Shown piece by piece: positions 20,667-33,400 of a stretch of 64,000 bases of DNA. The stretch is from the NCBI GenBank assembly GCA_025594325.1, contig JANHCV010000004.1, positions 248,001 through 312,000 of the forward strand. The letters are read 5' to 3'. This stretch comes from Blastocladiella emersonii ATCC 22665. Lineage: Eukaryota > Fungi > Blastocladiomycota. Within the stretch, counting starts at the first letter, position 1; every line of letters begins with the position of its first letter. The notes under the pieces are model-generated. The model was not told where the DNA came from. It did no database searches and was given only the letters and a program-made list of their open reading frames with translations. The translations under genes were made by a program, and so were the position numbers.

Positions 20667-23600
20667 ATGAAAGAAGCGCTTGCAGCCGCTGCAACCGGCG
20701 GTGCGGGTAGCGCCGCGAGCGCCCCCGCCATCTCGCGCTCCAAGATTGCCATGTACCTCGCCGCCGCGGTCCTCGGCTACTACGGCGCCTCGCTCGCCAT
20801 GACCTACTTCCGCACCAGCCCGCAGCGCGGTCTTCCGCGCCTCGACACCACGCGCATGTTCGAGGGCGCGCTCTCGGGTTCGTCGACACACACGCTCAGT
20901 CCGAGGGGCGCGAGCGCTGACCGGTGCGCCCGCGCGTGTGCTTGTAGACGCCGACCTCAAGTTCATCGTCGACTCGTTCATCAAGCCCGCCAACGAGATG
21001 GACGTGACCGACGACATGGTCAAGGCCAACAACATGTGCAAGGAGCTCGTTGCCACCGGTACGCATGCGGCCGCTGCTGACTCGATTCAGCGGTGCAGTT
21101 GTTCACTGACTCTGCTTGCACCCGTAGTCGACGAGCTCAACACGCTCCTCGAGGCCCTTACCTCGTCGCACGCCCCGACGCGCGCTACGGCCGCGTGCCT
21201 GCTCAGCGGCATGATCGAGAACGGTACACACGGGGATGCTCGCACTTCTCCGTAGTGGCAGCACCTGACGCTCGTTGAATTGTCTAGACGAGTACGCGTC
21301 GGCGCTCTCGAGTCCGTTGCTCGAGCACATCTTCGCCGGCGTGTTCACCGAGTCGGACGACGCCATCAAGATGCTGCTCATCGACATGGTCTCGGTCCTC
21401 ATCCGCCAGGGTACGCCGTCTATCGCATCGGTGGCACGAATCACACTGACTGACTCGCTTGCACAGACTCGGAGGGCTCCGTCGTCGTCCGCGTGCTCAA
21501 CCGCCAGGACGTCCTGCAGCTCATGGCCGACCTCTTCTTCGAGCCCTCGGCCAAGTCGCCCGGCCTCCACCTTCGCGCCTGGAACTCGACCATGCGCGTG
21601 CTCCAATACGGTACGCGGCCCGACCTTGCGTGCACCCCTAGGAGCTCGATCTTACACGACGCGTCCGCGTAGCCCCGACCGTCCAGCCGCTCCTCGACAT
21701 GGGCCTCATGACGCGCCTGGTCCCTGCCATGGCCAACGTCGGTGCCGACGAGTTCTGGCGCAGCCAGTACTGCACCATGTTCGAGCTGGTTGCCAGCCAA
21801 ACCAACGACAAGCAGTGGATCCGCGTCTTCGAGATGTGGCGCGAGGAGGCCGTCGACCCCGTGGCTGCCGTCCTCGCGCTGCTCGGCGAGGAAGACGTGC
21901 CCGCCGGCGGCACCACCTTCTTCCTCCTCATGGTCCTCGCCAACGGCGCTGCGTGGTACAACGAGCTGACGGCTGTCGCGGAGCCCCTCGTCGACGCAGC
22001 CATCGCGGCGTCGAACGGCGGCACCGAGCGAAACTTTTCGAGCGCGATGTCGTCCATGATCGTCAACTGCGGTACGGTTCCTCCCCTGCTCAACCGCGAG
22101 AGCGAGAACGAGACTGACTTTGGGATGGACAGACCGCGCCGCCAAGTACCTCATCTCGTCGGGTAAGCTGCGCGAGCTCATTAACGACAACAAGGACAAA
22201 CTCATCGGGTCCAACGACATTCTGAACGTGCTGCTCGACATGACTGCGTTTGAAATGGACGATGGTACGTCGGTTTCGCAGACTTTCGTCGCCCCCACCG
22301 CTTACACCCCGTCGCCGCGTAGCCGCTGTCACGGCCGAGCTCCGCAAGACGTTCTTGTTCGACTACGCGTTCGAGCACATTGCCGGCAGCGCGGGCAACA
22401 TGCTGTTCCTGTTGCGCCACGAGGACGACAAGGACCGCATCGCGCGCGAGTTCGCCAAGGCCATGGCCTCGATTGCTGACGCCGACGCCTTCTCCGAGGA
22501 CCTCGAGGAGGAGGTGTCGGCCCTCAACGCAGCTTTTGCTCTGCTCCGCGCCTCGCCCGCCTCGGCCACGGTGCTCCTCGACGAGGGCAACATGTGGACG
22601 CTTATCCGGCGGTGCGCGCTCGACCCGGGGATGCGCGAGCGCGCCGAGTTCTCGGGGTTCGTCGCGCTGCTCATCAACGCGCGCCCGGACCTGCTGGACG
22701 CGGCCGTCGACGCCGTGTACGACCCGTTCCTCGCGCAGCTGCACGCGATGCTCGCCGAGTCGGTCCCGCCCGCGATCGCGATGCTGCGCGCGGTCCGCGA
22801 GGCCGGCGGCCACTTTGACGCGGCCACCGTCGACATGCTCAACGAGCGGCTCGAGCGCGTCGAGAAGCTCCAGTTCGCGTTCCTGCGCCGCCTCGACCCC
22901 GCCGTCGTCACCGCCATGTCCCGCAAGTCGGCCACAGCGCAGCAGGCGATCAAGGACATTCTCGCGCTGTGCGAGCGCGCCATGTTCGCCGTGGTCGCCG
23001 ACAACGAGGGCAAGCCGTTCCCGCTGATGCGCCTGTCGAGCCCGCTCGAGACGTACGCCGAGAAGCGCGGGCTCGGCCTGTCGGGCGCCGTGGCCGAGTT
23101 CAACGTCGATCTCGCCTTCGCGTCCGAGTCGCAGTTTATCCTCAACCTGCTGTACGTGCCGTTCGTCCTGCTCGCGGCGCTCGTCCGGTTCGACGAGCTG
23201 CGCGACCCGATTCTCGATCTGCTCCCGCTCATGGCCTTCACGAGCTCGCGCTTCTCGTACGAGGCGCTCGCCCGCGACTTTTCCGCCGTGATCCTGCACG
23301 CGCCGCGCGAGGCGTGGATCCCGCTCGAGGACCTCGTCATGCTGCGGTACCGCACCTCGCTCGCGAGCGCTGGGGCTGCTGAGGGCGAGCTGCGCGCACA
23401 CCGGCTGGTGACCGCCGAGTACGTGCACCGCGCCATTGCGCGCGACGGGGCCAAGGACACGGTGCACTGGGCCGACGTGTCGGGCAACACGCCGACGGGG
23501 TTCCGCGGCACCACGCTGTTCAACTTTGCCCACGCCGTCAACACGGCGCGCGCGTCGCACGGTGTGGCCGGGCCCGGCAAGTACGCGTTCACGGTCGAGG

Positions 23601-25018
23601 CGTCGACCGAGGGCGCGCCGCTGCTCGGGTGGACGTCGCACGACGGCCCGCTGCGCAGCAACGACTACTCGCTCGCGCCCGCCGACGACACGTACGTGGT
23701 CGATTTCGGCGCGATGCGCGCCATGCACAAGGGCCAGGTGCGGTACCTCAACGAGGCCTTCTCGGAGCCCGGCCCGATCACGGTGACGCTCGACCTCGAG
23801 ACGGGCGAGATGATGGGCGCGATCCACGGCAAGCCCCTGCAGGTCCTGTTCCGCGGGCTCGACACGGACAAGACGTGGTACCCGCTCGTCATCCAGCCGC
23901 CCAGCTCGTGCTCGGTCACCCGCTTCGACCGCGCACCGCATGGGTTCACGCCCATCACGGACGTGGTCGCGCTCGGCGACGCGGTGCCGATCCGCAGGCC
24001 GGCTGACGGGTCGTCGGGGCAGGTCGTGCCCGCGTCGCTCCCGCGGTTCAAGTCGCTCACGGCCAACGCCGATGACGCGTACGACGGCAACGCGCTGCCG
24101 GGGCTCAAGTTCAAGGCGTACTACGAGACGCAGTTTGTGGGAATGCGCGCGCCGTGCACCGCCGTCGGGCTGCGCGGCGTCAACCTCGCGCACTACCTGT
24201 GGGTCGCCGCGGGCAACGGCGTCGAGTTCACGGCGCAGTTCATTGTCGGGCGCCACCGCAGCCTGCCGCCCAACGAGCGCGCGGCGGCTATCGAGGACTC
24301 GGTCGAGTGGAACGAGTGGATCCCCGCGGTCGCCGACTTCCTCGCCACCGACCCGCCGCGCCCGCGCGGTCTCGACGGCAGCGACGAGGAGGAGCAGGGA
24401 CCGCTCGTCATGCAGTTTGCCCTGCGCGAGGGGTCTGACGAGGCCGGCAGCAAGCGCGCGTGGGACGTGTCGTGGAAGCCGCTCAACACCGAGGGCTCCG
24501 AGGGCGGCAACGAGTCGGGCGACGACGACGAGGACGGAGGCAGCAGCGGCGGCATGACGTCGTGGTTCATCCTCACGGGCCACGTCGTACCCGGCGGCGG
24601 CAAGAAGGCGCAGCACGTCGGCAAGCCCGTGCGCATGCAGCTCGGCGTGGCGGCGGGCCACCTCGCTCTCTCGCGCGACGAGCGCGACGAACCGTCGGCC
24701 GCGGCGACCGCGTCGCTCATCATCCTCGCCGTCTCCAAGAGCCACGACGGCACCGTGTCGCCGGCGGACCTGGCGCCCATGTTCCCGATGCACGGCGGGT
24801 CCGAGGAGCCCGACGACGAGCTGCTGATCCCCGTGGTCCTCGGCGCGAGCCACGTCGAGCTCAACCTGCATGTCAGCGAGGACGGCGAAAGCGCGCAGGG
24901 CCCGATCGGCCGCGCCAACAAGCAGCTCGCCCGCGGCGTGCTGCGCAGCTGGGGCATGCTCGACGGCGACAATGCCACTGAGAGCGAGGACGACGAAGAG
25001 GAGGACGGGGAGGAGTAG
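20667..25018 (+). CDS. ~1303-aa protein: N-terminal TM anchor, ARM/HEAT-like repeats, SPRY/B30.2-like domain; 7 introns
   Basis: Introns at 20878-20947, 21059-21127, 21224-21287, 21411-21466, 21611-21672, 22072-22132 and 22265-22322 give one open frame. LNTLLEALTSSHAPTRATAACLLSGM is ARM-like. TARASHGV..GKYAFTV...LLGW...VTLDLETGEM...GKPLQVLF...WYPLV is SPRY-like. Confidence 0.7.
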
Positions 25019-25861
25019 ATTTCGTCATTTTGGATCATCACATACACACGTATTTCTAGTCACGTCAACTAGGCCTTGACGAGCAACTCGTGCTTCGGTC
25101 TGTAGCTGTGCCCTCGGATTACTCAAACATCTCTGAGCCCAACCTGAACTCGCATGCAATTCCGAGTGCCAGTCATGGTTCCGGGATGCCGCCCGCGGGA
25201 ACTTGGCCAAAGTCCGACGACCCCAGAGCGAAGGGTGCTAGTGGAGCGGGATCAGGCACCGTCGAATGGATCGTACTGGTACGCCGCTGTATTCTAAGGG
25301 CGCGCGTGAAAAGACGGGCGGCAAACTTTGGACAAAGGTTCAACCCCCGATCGAGCGCTGCCGCCAGGACGAGGGGTCGACGGGAGGGACCGGGTTCGTA
25401 GCGAGGAAGCTAGCATCCTTTTGATCCTTTTGTTGCTGGCGCCGGTTTTGCTCCAGCCCGCTCCGCATGCTTGAGAATGATTTAGGCGAGCATTTGTTTG
25501 GCCATTTCTTTGGTGAGCGTTCGGCGCCTTTGTCTCGCACGGGCAAGGCGAGCGAAAGCGAGTGGGAGACACTGGCGCGAGACGCGTCGCGATATCGCGT
25601 GACCGCTGCGAGACGCGTTTCGCCTCACGTTGCAACTGCTGCAGCCCCAGGACAACCTCGTGCTATCCCTGGTCGTTCCCATGGTCTATCAAGCAATTCG
25701 TCGCTGTCGCCATGCCATGTAGACCACGCACGGCCACAGTTTGCGCGTGATCATGACCTTGCCGGCCTTGTGCAGCGCTGGCCATGCTTAAGACAAACCA
25801 CCCCTCATGGCGACCAGGGAAAGCAAGACATCACATTGTACATCATTTTTACACTGAAGTT

Positions 25862-27014
25862 CTAGTCGATGAGCGCACGCAGCCGCTCCGCGGCCATCTC
25901 GGGGGTCAGATCGCGCTGAGCCTCGGCGAGCATCTCGAAGCCGACGAGGAACTTGCGCACGGTCGCGGAGCGGAGCAGCGGCGGGTAGAAGTGGACGTGG
26001 AGGTGCATGGCGGTCGGGCGCGTGTCCTGGTGGACGCCCATGGCGTAGGGGAACGAGCACCCGAACAGGCGGTCGTAGGCGCGCGTAACCTTGCCGAGGA
26101 CGCGGGCGAGCGAGTCGATCTGCGACGCGTCGAGGTCGGCGAGGTTCGCGGCACACGGCTTGGCGAGGACGAGGATCTCGAACGGCCACGTCGCCCAGTA
26201 CGGCACGACGGCGACAAAGTGGGTGTCGTCCACGACGACCCGGGTGCCGCGCGCGAGCTCCGTGGCCGTGTACCGACACAAGAGGCACGAGTCGGTGGTT
26301 GCCGCAGCGGCGGCGGCCAGGTGCTCGAGCTCGCGCGCGACCTCGGTCGGGACGTAGCCGCGGGTGGCCCACATCTGCGCGTGCGGGTGCGGGTTGCTGC
26401 AGCCCATCATGGCGCCCTTGTTCTCGAACTGCTGGACGTAGCGGAACGGCTCGTTCCCCTCGGCCACGGCCGCGGTGATGGCGTCGCCGACGTCCGCGCC
26501 CAGGTGGTCGTGGAGCGGGGTGCCCGTGAGCTTGGCCCAGGCGGCGCGCCAGGTGCGCAGGACGGCAACGAGTTCCGGGTGCGAGAGGTCGGCGAGCGTC
26601 GCGTCGTGGCGCGCGGTGAAGCAGTGGACGAAGCACTGGCCCGAGGCGGGCTCGGCGCGGAGGAGGTCGCCGTCGGCGTCGGCGGTGTCGGCCGAGGCGA
26701 GCGATGCGTCGGGCGGGGTCAGGGCGGAAAAGTCGTTGGCGAAAATGTAGTTGGCGTCGTAGTGCGGGTTGCATGCGCCGCCCGACTCGGCGACGCGCTG
26801 GTTGCCCGGGCACAGGAAGCACGTCGGGTCGTAAGGCTCGGAAGCGGCGCGCGCAACGGGCTCGACGGAGCCCTGCCACGGGCGCTGGGCGCGGTGCGGG
26901 GCGACCTGGCGGAGGGCGGCGTTCCGAGTGAGCGCGGGGCGTCTGGCGGTCGATGGAGAGGGTCCGTACGACGACCCACTCGCCGGACAGCGGGTTGAAG
27001 CGGCGGTGCGACAT
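25862..27014 (-). CDS. GAL7: Galactose-1-phosphate uridylyltransferase; 1 intron
   Basis: HRRFNPLSGEWVV|VAPHRAQRPWQG, CFLCPGN, FENKGAMMGCSNPHPHAQ (catalytic HPH), and AEAQRDLTPE. Confidence 0.95.
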
Positions 27015-27705
27015 GGTTGTGCAGCAAGTGGAGGTGTGCGAGAGGGAGCAAGCGGCGCTCGAGGGCGACGGCGAAGAGGAGGGCGAGCACCGCCGTCACC
27101 GCCGCCAAGTCAGCGCGGGCGGCCGCCGCGGCACATGGTGCCGGCAACGGAGCCGCGGGACGCCCGCACTTCCGCGGCGCGACAAGAGAGGTTCATTGCA
27201 ATGCGTGTGGTTGTCGGCGGCGGGAGAGCGGATCTCGCACGAGGCCGACCTTGGCTGGTCGCTCCTCGACCAACACGTCCAAGCCGGCGGCTCGGCTCGC
27301 GGCTCCCAAGGCGCAGCACTAACGGACAGGTCGGCGATCGGGTGGGCGCGCGTGAGAACGCGAACGCGTCGCGTCGCACCGGTACCGCGTCGCCCACGCG
27401 GCCGCCGTGGCCACGTTGCGCAGTGCTGGGCTGCCCCAAGCGCGCAGCGGTGGTGGTTTCACGGAGAGGGGAGAGGAAGCGGGGCGAAGGTTGACGATTG
27501 CAGCGTGCTGAGGAAGGAGATGGGCGCGCTGGCGATCGGCGCGTTCGATGTCGATGTCGATGCCGCTTGTCCGCGACGATTACAAACGAACACCGAGGGG
27601 AGCGTGGGCCCGCGCTCGCCCTCGCCCTCCTCCCCGCCGTCCCGATCCGGCTCTCACTCTCCCGCCAGCCGAGCTCGTACTACAACGCATCATCACCACG
27701 AAACC

Positions 27706-29260
27706 ATGGAGCCAGAGACTACGCTGCACCAGCGGCGCGTTGCCGCCGCGTTCGCCGATCCCGGCACGAACGCGGCGCACGCGCCATCGCCCTCCGCGGC
27801 ACCCCCGGCGGCGATCCCGGAGCCGGTCGCGCGCGACGTGGTCGACGACGACTACGACGCGCGCGAGGCGCGGCTGGCCGCCGAGCAGAAGGCGTGGGAG
27901 GAGTCGAGCCTGTGGCCGCGCCTCAAGTGGGACCAAGTCCTGTCGCTGCTGCTCGAGCCCTTCGTCGCCGTGTGGGCCGCGACGCAGGTGCCGCTGACGC
28001 GCGCGACCGCCGCCTTCGCCGTCGCCTACTACGTGATCACCGCCACGGGCATCACCGCGGGCTACCATCGCCTGTGGTCGCACCGCGCCTACGCCGCCGC
28101 CTGGCCCTACCGCCTGTGGATGGCCCTCGCCGGCGCCGGCAGCATCCAGGGGTCCATCAAGTGGTGGGCCCGCCGCCACCGCGTCCACCACCGCTACACC
28201 GACACGGACAAGGACCCCTACAGCGCTCACCGCGGCCTGCTGTGGTCGCACTTCCTGTGGCTCATGGTCAAGCCGGGCCCCGCGACCCACCACGCCCAGT
28301 CGCGCGTCGACATGCGCGACCTCAACGCCGACCCGATCGTCGTGTGGCAGCACAAGCTGTTCGTCCCGCTCTCGCTGTTCATGAGCTTCGGCGTGCCCAC
28401 CCTCGTCGCGCACTACGGGTGGGGCGACGCTCTCGGCGGGCTCGTCTGGGCCGGGCTCGTCCGCATGGTTCTCCTGCACCACGCCACCTTCTGGTATGAC
28501 TTTAAGCGCGGCGCACCTGATCCGGCCTCAACTAACTCTCTTGCCCGCGATCTCTAGCGTCAACTCGCTCGCGCACTACCTCGGTGAGGCCACCTACGAC
28601 GACACGCGGTCGCCGCGCGACCACCTGCTGACCGCGCTCATCACCATGGGCGAGGGTACGCGCTTTTTGATGGCTCGGGACGGCTCTGGTCGCTTCCTGA
28701 GCTTGTTTTCGCCCCTCTTTCGACTCTGTGACCTCACCAGTCATCGAATACGCCTAGGAATGCACAATCTACATCATGAGTGGCCCAAGGTCGTCGAAAA
28801 CGGGTACCGGTGGTACGACTGGGACCCGACAAAGTGGCTCATTTTCGCGTGCTCCTACGTCGGCCTCACCTACGACCTTATCACCGCGCCCCACAACGAG
28901 GTGCGCAAGGGCGCGCTGCACATGAAGCTCAAGAAGCTCGAGCAGGAGCGCGCCTCGCTCGTCTGGGGCCCCGAGCCGGCCACCCTGCCCGCATGGACCG
29001 AGCTCGAGTTCCGCGAGGAGCTGCGGCTCAACCCGGCCATGGTCATCATCGACGGGCTCGCCCACGACGTGTCGCGCTTCATCCACGACCACCCGGGCGG
29101 CGTCGCCTACCTCAAGGCCTACCTCGGCAAGGACGCGTCGCGCGCCTTTAACAAGACCGTCTACGTCCACTCCAACGCCGCGCGCAACTGGCTCTCGCGC
29201 CTGCGCGTCGCCCGCATCGTGTCGTCGTCCTCCAAGTCCGAGATCGCGACCGAGGAGTGA
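27706..29260 (+). CDS. OLE1: Delta-9 acyl-CoA desaturase with fused cytochrome b5; introns 28494-28557 and 28656-28757
   Basis: His boxes HRLWSH, HRVHH and HNLHH, plus DTDKDPY and a C-terminal HPGG b5 domain. Confidence 0.92.
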
Positions 29261-29695
29261 GGTGAGCGGTGTGGCGCGTCACGTCGGCGCGGGCGCGTCG
29301 CACAAGCGACCCAGCCACGCGCCACCGCTGCGCGCGAGCCTGTGTGTGCCTTGAGCGTAATACTACTATGGAGTGCCTTTTCAACACTTTTCGGATACAG
29401 CAATGGGTGGCGCCACGCGCGGGGGGAAGCGTAAGCCGCAGCGCTGCGGGCCGTCGCGCCGCTGCACCGGCCCGTGCCTCCTCGCTCACCTCCGCGCCAG
29501 GGAAGGTCGCGGCCGCAACGGCGTATGGTGCCGCTGAACCGCGTCGAATCATCGATCGGCGCGCACGGTGTTCTTGCGCAGGCGGGCGACGCTGGCCATG
29601 GTGGGCCGCGCCGTACAAAGGCTGTGTACGCGTCCCTTTCTCTCTCCCTCCAACGATCAACTCTCTCACACCTTGCAACGTAACTCTTCACCAAG

Positions 29696-30253
29696 ATGAT
29701 GGCCAAGGCAATCTCCAGCCCCGACTTTGCGTCGCACCACCCGCACCACCACGTCGCGCTGCGCGAGACGGCGTCGGCGTCCTCGGCGTCGGGCTTCTTC
29801 TCCGGGTTCCGTCTGCGGCGGCTGCTCATCGACATTGTCGAGGCGCGCGACCTGCCGCGCACCGAGTACCTGTCCAAGGAGGACCCGTACGTGGTGATCA
29901 CGGCGGGCGCGGAGCGGCACCGGACGCTGGCCAAGAAGGAGGCGGGGACCTCGCCGAGGTTCGACTTCCAGGTCGACACGCAGGTCGATGCGCACGTCGA
30001 CCACCTGCTCGTCGAGGTCTTCGACTCCAACAAGTGGCTCGCCGACGACCTCATGGGCCGCGCCGAGTTCCCGATCGCACCGCTGCGCCGCGGTGAGCGC
30101 ACCGACACCTGGATTTCACTCAAGGACGCCAAGGGCCGCAGCGCGGGGAAGCTGCGCGTCATCTTTCACCCGATGCAGGTGCGCTGGGCCGCGTGTGGGA
30201 GTATGGTGTGGGAGTAGGTGCTGATCTTGTCGTTGCCGTTGTCATAGGCGTAG
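29696..30253 (+). CDS. Small C2-domain protein; probable terminal intron 30179-30247
   Basis: IDIVEARDLP...DPYVVI...VEVFDSNKWLADDLMGRAEFPI is a canonical C2 pattern. GTGCGC...CTGAT...CATAG is followed by GCG TAG. Confidence 0.8.
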
Positions 30254-30440
30254 TCGAGCTGGCCTCCACGCCGCGTCGTCGTTCCTGCCGTTCGTTCTCC
30301 TGTCGTCGTTGTACCATCCGTTTTCCCTCCGCTTTAATACCACATGCCACCGTCACTTTTGCTCATCCGTGTCCTTGCGAGAGTGAGAGAACCATCAACA
30401 TCAACTCTGCCATCACCCTCGGCGTGGCCGTCCGTCTATT

Positions 30441-33400
30441 TCACCCAAACTGCAGATCGAACCCTTCGGGCAAGATGTTCATCGCCCACTCGCCTAGATT
30501 CTCGGGGAACGCGGGCAGCTCGAACGAGGCAATGTCGTCGACGCCCATGGACGCCAGGAACGCCGCCGGGTCGAGGTCCGCGAGCTGCATCACGTCGTCG
30601 GTGCTGCCGTTGCCGTTCCCGTTACCGTTGGTCGCGGCGAGGGGCAGCGGTGCCTGGTCCAGCGGCAGCGCCGATGGCAGAGGGAAGACCGGCGCTGGAA
30701 CCGGGTACATCGTTGCCGCCGCCTTGACCTTGACCGCGTCGGGCATCTCGACGTCCGCCGCGTACCCCGCGCCCGCGTGCCGCAGGTACGCGTCGGCGGT
30801 CCGCTGCATCTCGGCGACGTACGCGTTCGGGTCGGCCGCGAGCATCGCGACGACCGCGTCCGCGACCTCGGCGTGGCGGCGCGCGAGCTCGGCCTCGCTG
30901 ACCACGGTCCCCGGCCCCGCAACGTCCTCGACCGCTTCGCCCTCCTCGGCCGCAATCACGCCGTCGACCTCGCGCACCGCGGCGACCGCGAGCGCGTGCA
31001 TGTGCGCGGCGAGGGGCGCGTGGGGCGCGAGCCGCGCAAGGAGTGGCGGGAGCGAGCACAGGCACGCGCGCATGCGTCTGGCGTTCCCGCCGCCTGCGAC
31101 GACGACGCGCGCGGCCGCAATCGCCGACGCGACCTGGTGTAGCAGGACGGTGAAAAAGTAGTGGTGCGCGTGTGCCGTCGTCGCCAGAATGTGCGTCACC
31201 GACTGCACCGCCATGTCGAGCAGGTGCAGGTACGACGGGTACAGCGGTGGGAGGTCCACGGGCGGCGGCATCGCGGACGGGACGAGCGACGCGCGCGCCG
31301 ACATGAGGTGGGTGCCAAGCCGGCGCGAGCCTGGGGCGGATGGTGGTGAAGCGGCGCGCTGTCGCGTCAGGACTCCGGCGATCACCATGGTCACGAGCGG
31401 GCGGTACAGGTAGATGGTCGCCTGGTAGTATCCGATGGCGAGAACGGCCGACTCGAGCGCGGCCGTCGGCGGCGGGCCCGCTGCTGCGGGGTCGAACTTG
31501 GCGGCGTCAAACTCGAGGTGCGGCGGGATCGACGCGCGGAACGCGGCGAGCGCGGCGTGCAGCTCGGGCAGCAGCGTCGCCGACAGGTGGGACCGGCGGT
31601 ACCGGAACCCGTTGACGGCGCGCAGCACGCGGCCGGTGATGGCGGCCCACCGCGCGTACAGGGGCCAGTAGCTGTGCTCGGGGAGCAGCATGTCGGCGGC
31701 GCCCGTGCCCGCGTAGCGCGCCACGTTCTCAGGCGTCGCCAGGATCGCGTCGAGCTCGTCGGCCGCCGCCTCGCCCTCGTGGTCGTCGTCGTGGATCATG
31801 CACGGCCGCCCGCTCGCCGCCGCGCTCAGCCGGTCCAGCGTCACTACGATGCTCCACGTGAGCCGCCGCGCCGGGATCCCGGGCGCCACGCCCGCGTCCG
31901 GATTTCCGCCGCTGCTCCCGCCGACCACCACGGCGCGCGGGTCGAGGTGCAGCCCGAGCGCCAGGCCCATGCGCGCGGCCATGCCGTCGAGCATCCACGT
32001 GTTGCCCGCGGCGAGCCCGTTGTCGTGCGTCGCGAGCAGGCAGCACGCCTGGACCGCCTCGATACGCGCGGCAGGCGCCTCGAGCATGGTGCGCGGGACG
32101 AGCCGTTTCGCGTGCGCGGCGAGGACCGCCGACAGCGGGACGCGCGTGAGCACGTCGGGCGGGTGCCGGCGCTCGAGATGCAGCGCGGCCGACGCGCACA
32201 CGGCGTAGAGGAGGAAGTACGTGTGGTACCCGGGCGACGGCTGGCCCGCGGTCGCCGCGTACACGGACTCGAGCATGCCGTCGATTCGCGCGCGCGACAG
32301 CATCGGCAGCCAGTGGTGGATCACGGCGAAATACGTGTCGACGAGCAGGCGCGCGAGCGCGCGCGGCGGGAACCACGCGCGGTGCATGGCTGCGTCGTGC
32401 GGGTGCATGCGCAGCGGCGCCAGCTGCGAGATGAACACGTTGATCCCGTCGTTGTCGGCCCCGGCGGCCGCCGTGGTTGCGGCGGCGGCGAGGGCCGGGA
32501 GACCGCGCAGGAGGTGTAGCCCCGACGAGTTGCCGTAGTTGGAGTACCCGCCCGCGTTGCCGTCCGAGTCGAGCGTCACCATCAGCGTCAGCGACGAAGT
32601 GATGTCGTCGAGGTCCTGCGCGGTGGTGAGCGGCGGTTTCGTGGTCGCGGGGGAGCCCGACTGCGTGCGCTGGCGCTGCCGCGCCGCGGTGGGCGCGTCG
32701 AGCGAGCTGAGCGGGTTGAAGGTGGTGCTGGCAGCCGAAGCGTTCGAGTTGCCGCGGGCGCGGCTGCGCGGGTTCTTGACCTTCGGCTACATTTTTTGGT
32801 CAGTCATTAGCACGCTGATAGTCGACTCGGTGACGCGAGGAAGCGCGAACGTACCGTAGAGCTCGCGCTACCCGAGGCCGAAGCCGACGCCGATCCAGCC
32901 GACGAACCCGCCGCCGCGTCCTCGCCCTCGGCACCCGCACCCGAGGTGGCTGCCGCAGCGCCGCGCTTACGCCCGGACCCCTTTGGCCCACGCTTAGCGG
33001 GAGGCGTGTACCTGCACTCGAGGCCGTAGGTGGAGCAGTGGGCGCACGGGAACCCGCCCTCGCACCGGATCTTGCGGGTACGGCACGGCGCGCACGCCTG
33101 CGTCACGCGCGCCTTCTTGGAGGGCGCCAGGTTCACGGCCACGAGGTCCGGCGGGTACGGCGGCCCACCGCGCAGGTCTGCGTCGGGCGAAGGGAGGACG
33201 AGCGACGGGTCCGTCACGCGGTTCCCTGCCGAGTCCAGGATGACCACGGTCGAGGGCGCGGTCACGGTCGGTGCCGACGAGGTGGGGGCGGCGGGGGCAA
33301 GGGTGGGCGGAGCCGAGATGGGCGTCGTGGTCGGTGGGGCCGGTGCCGCTGCGGGAGCAGGAGCTGTAGCCGGTTTGCTCGCAGAAGCTGCTGCCGACCT

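Noticed and set aside
27015-27705. Gal4-type CGG-N11-CCG sites upstream of GAL7
   Set aside because: I did not confirm a convincing site, and such matches arise by chance at this GC content.
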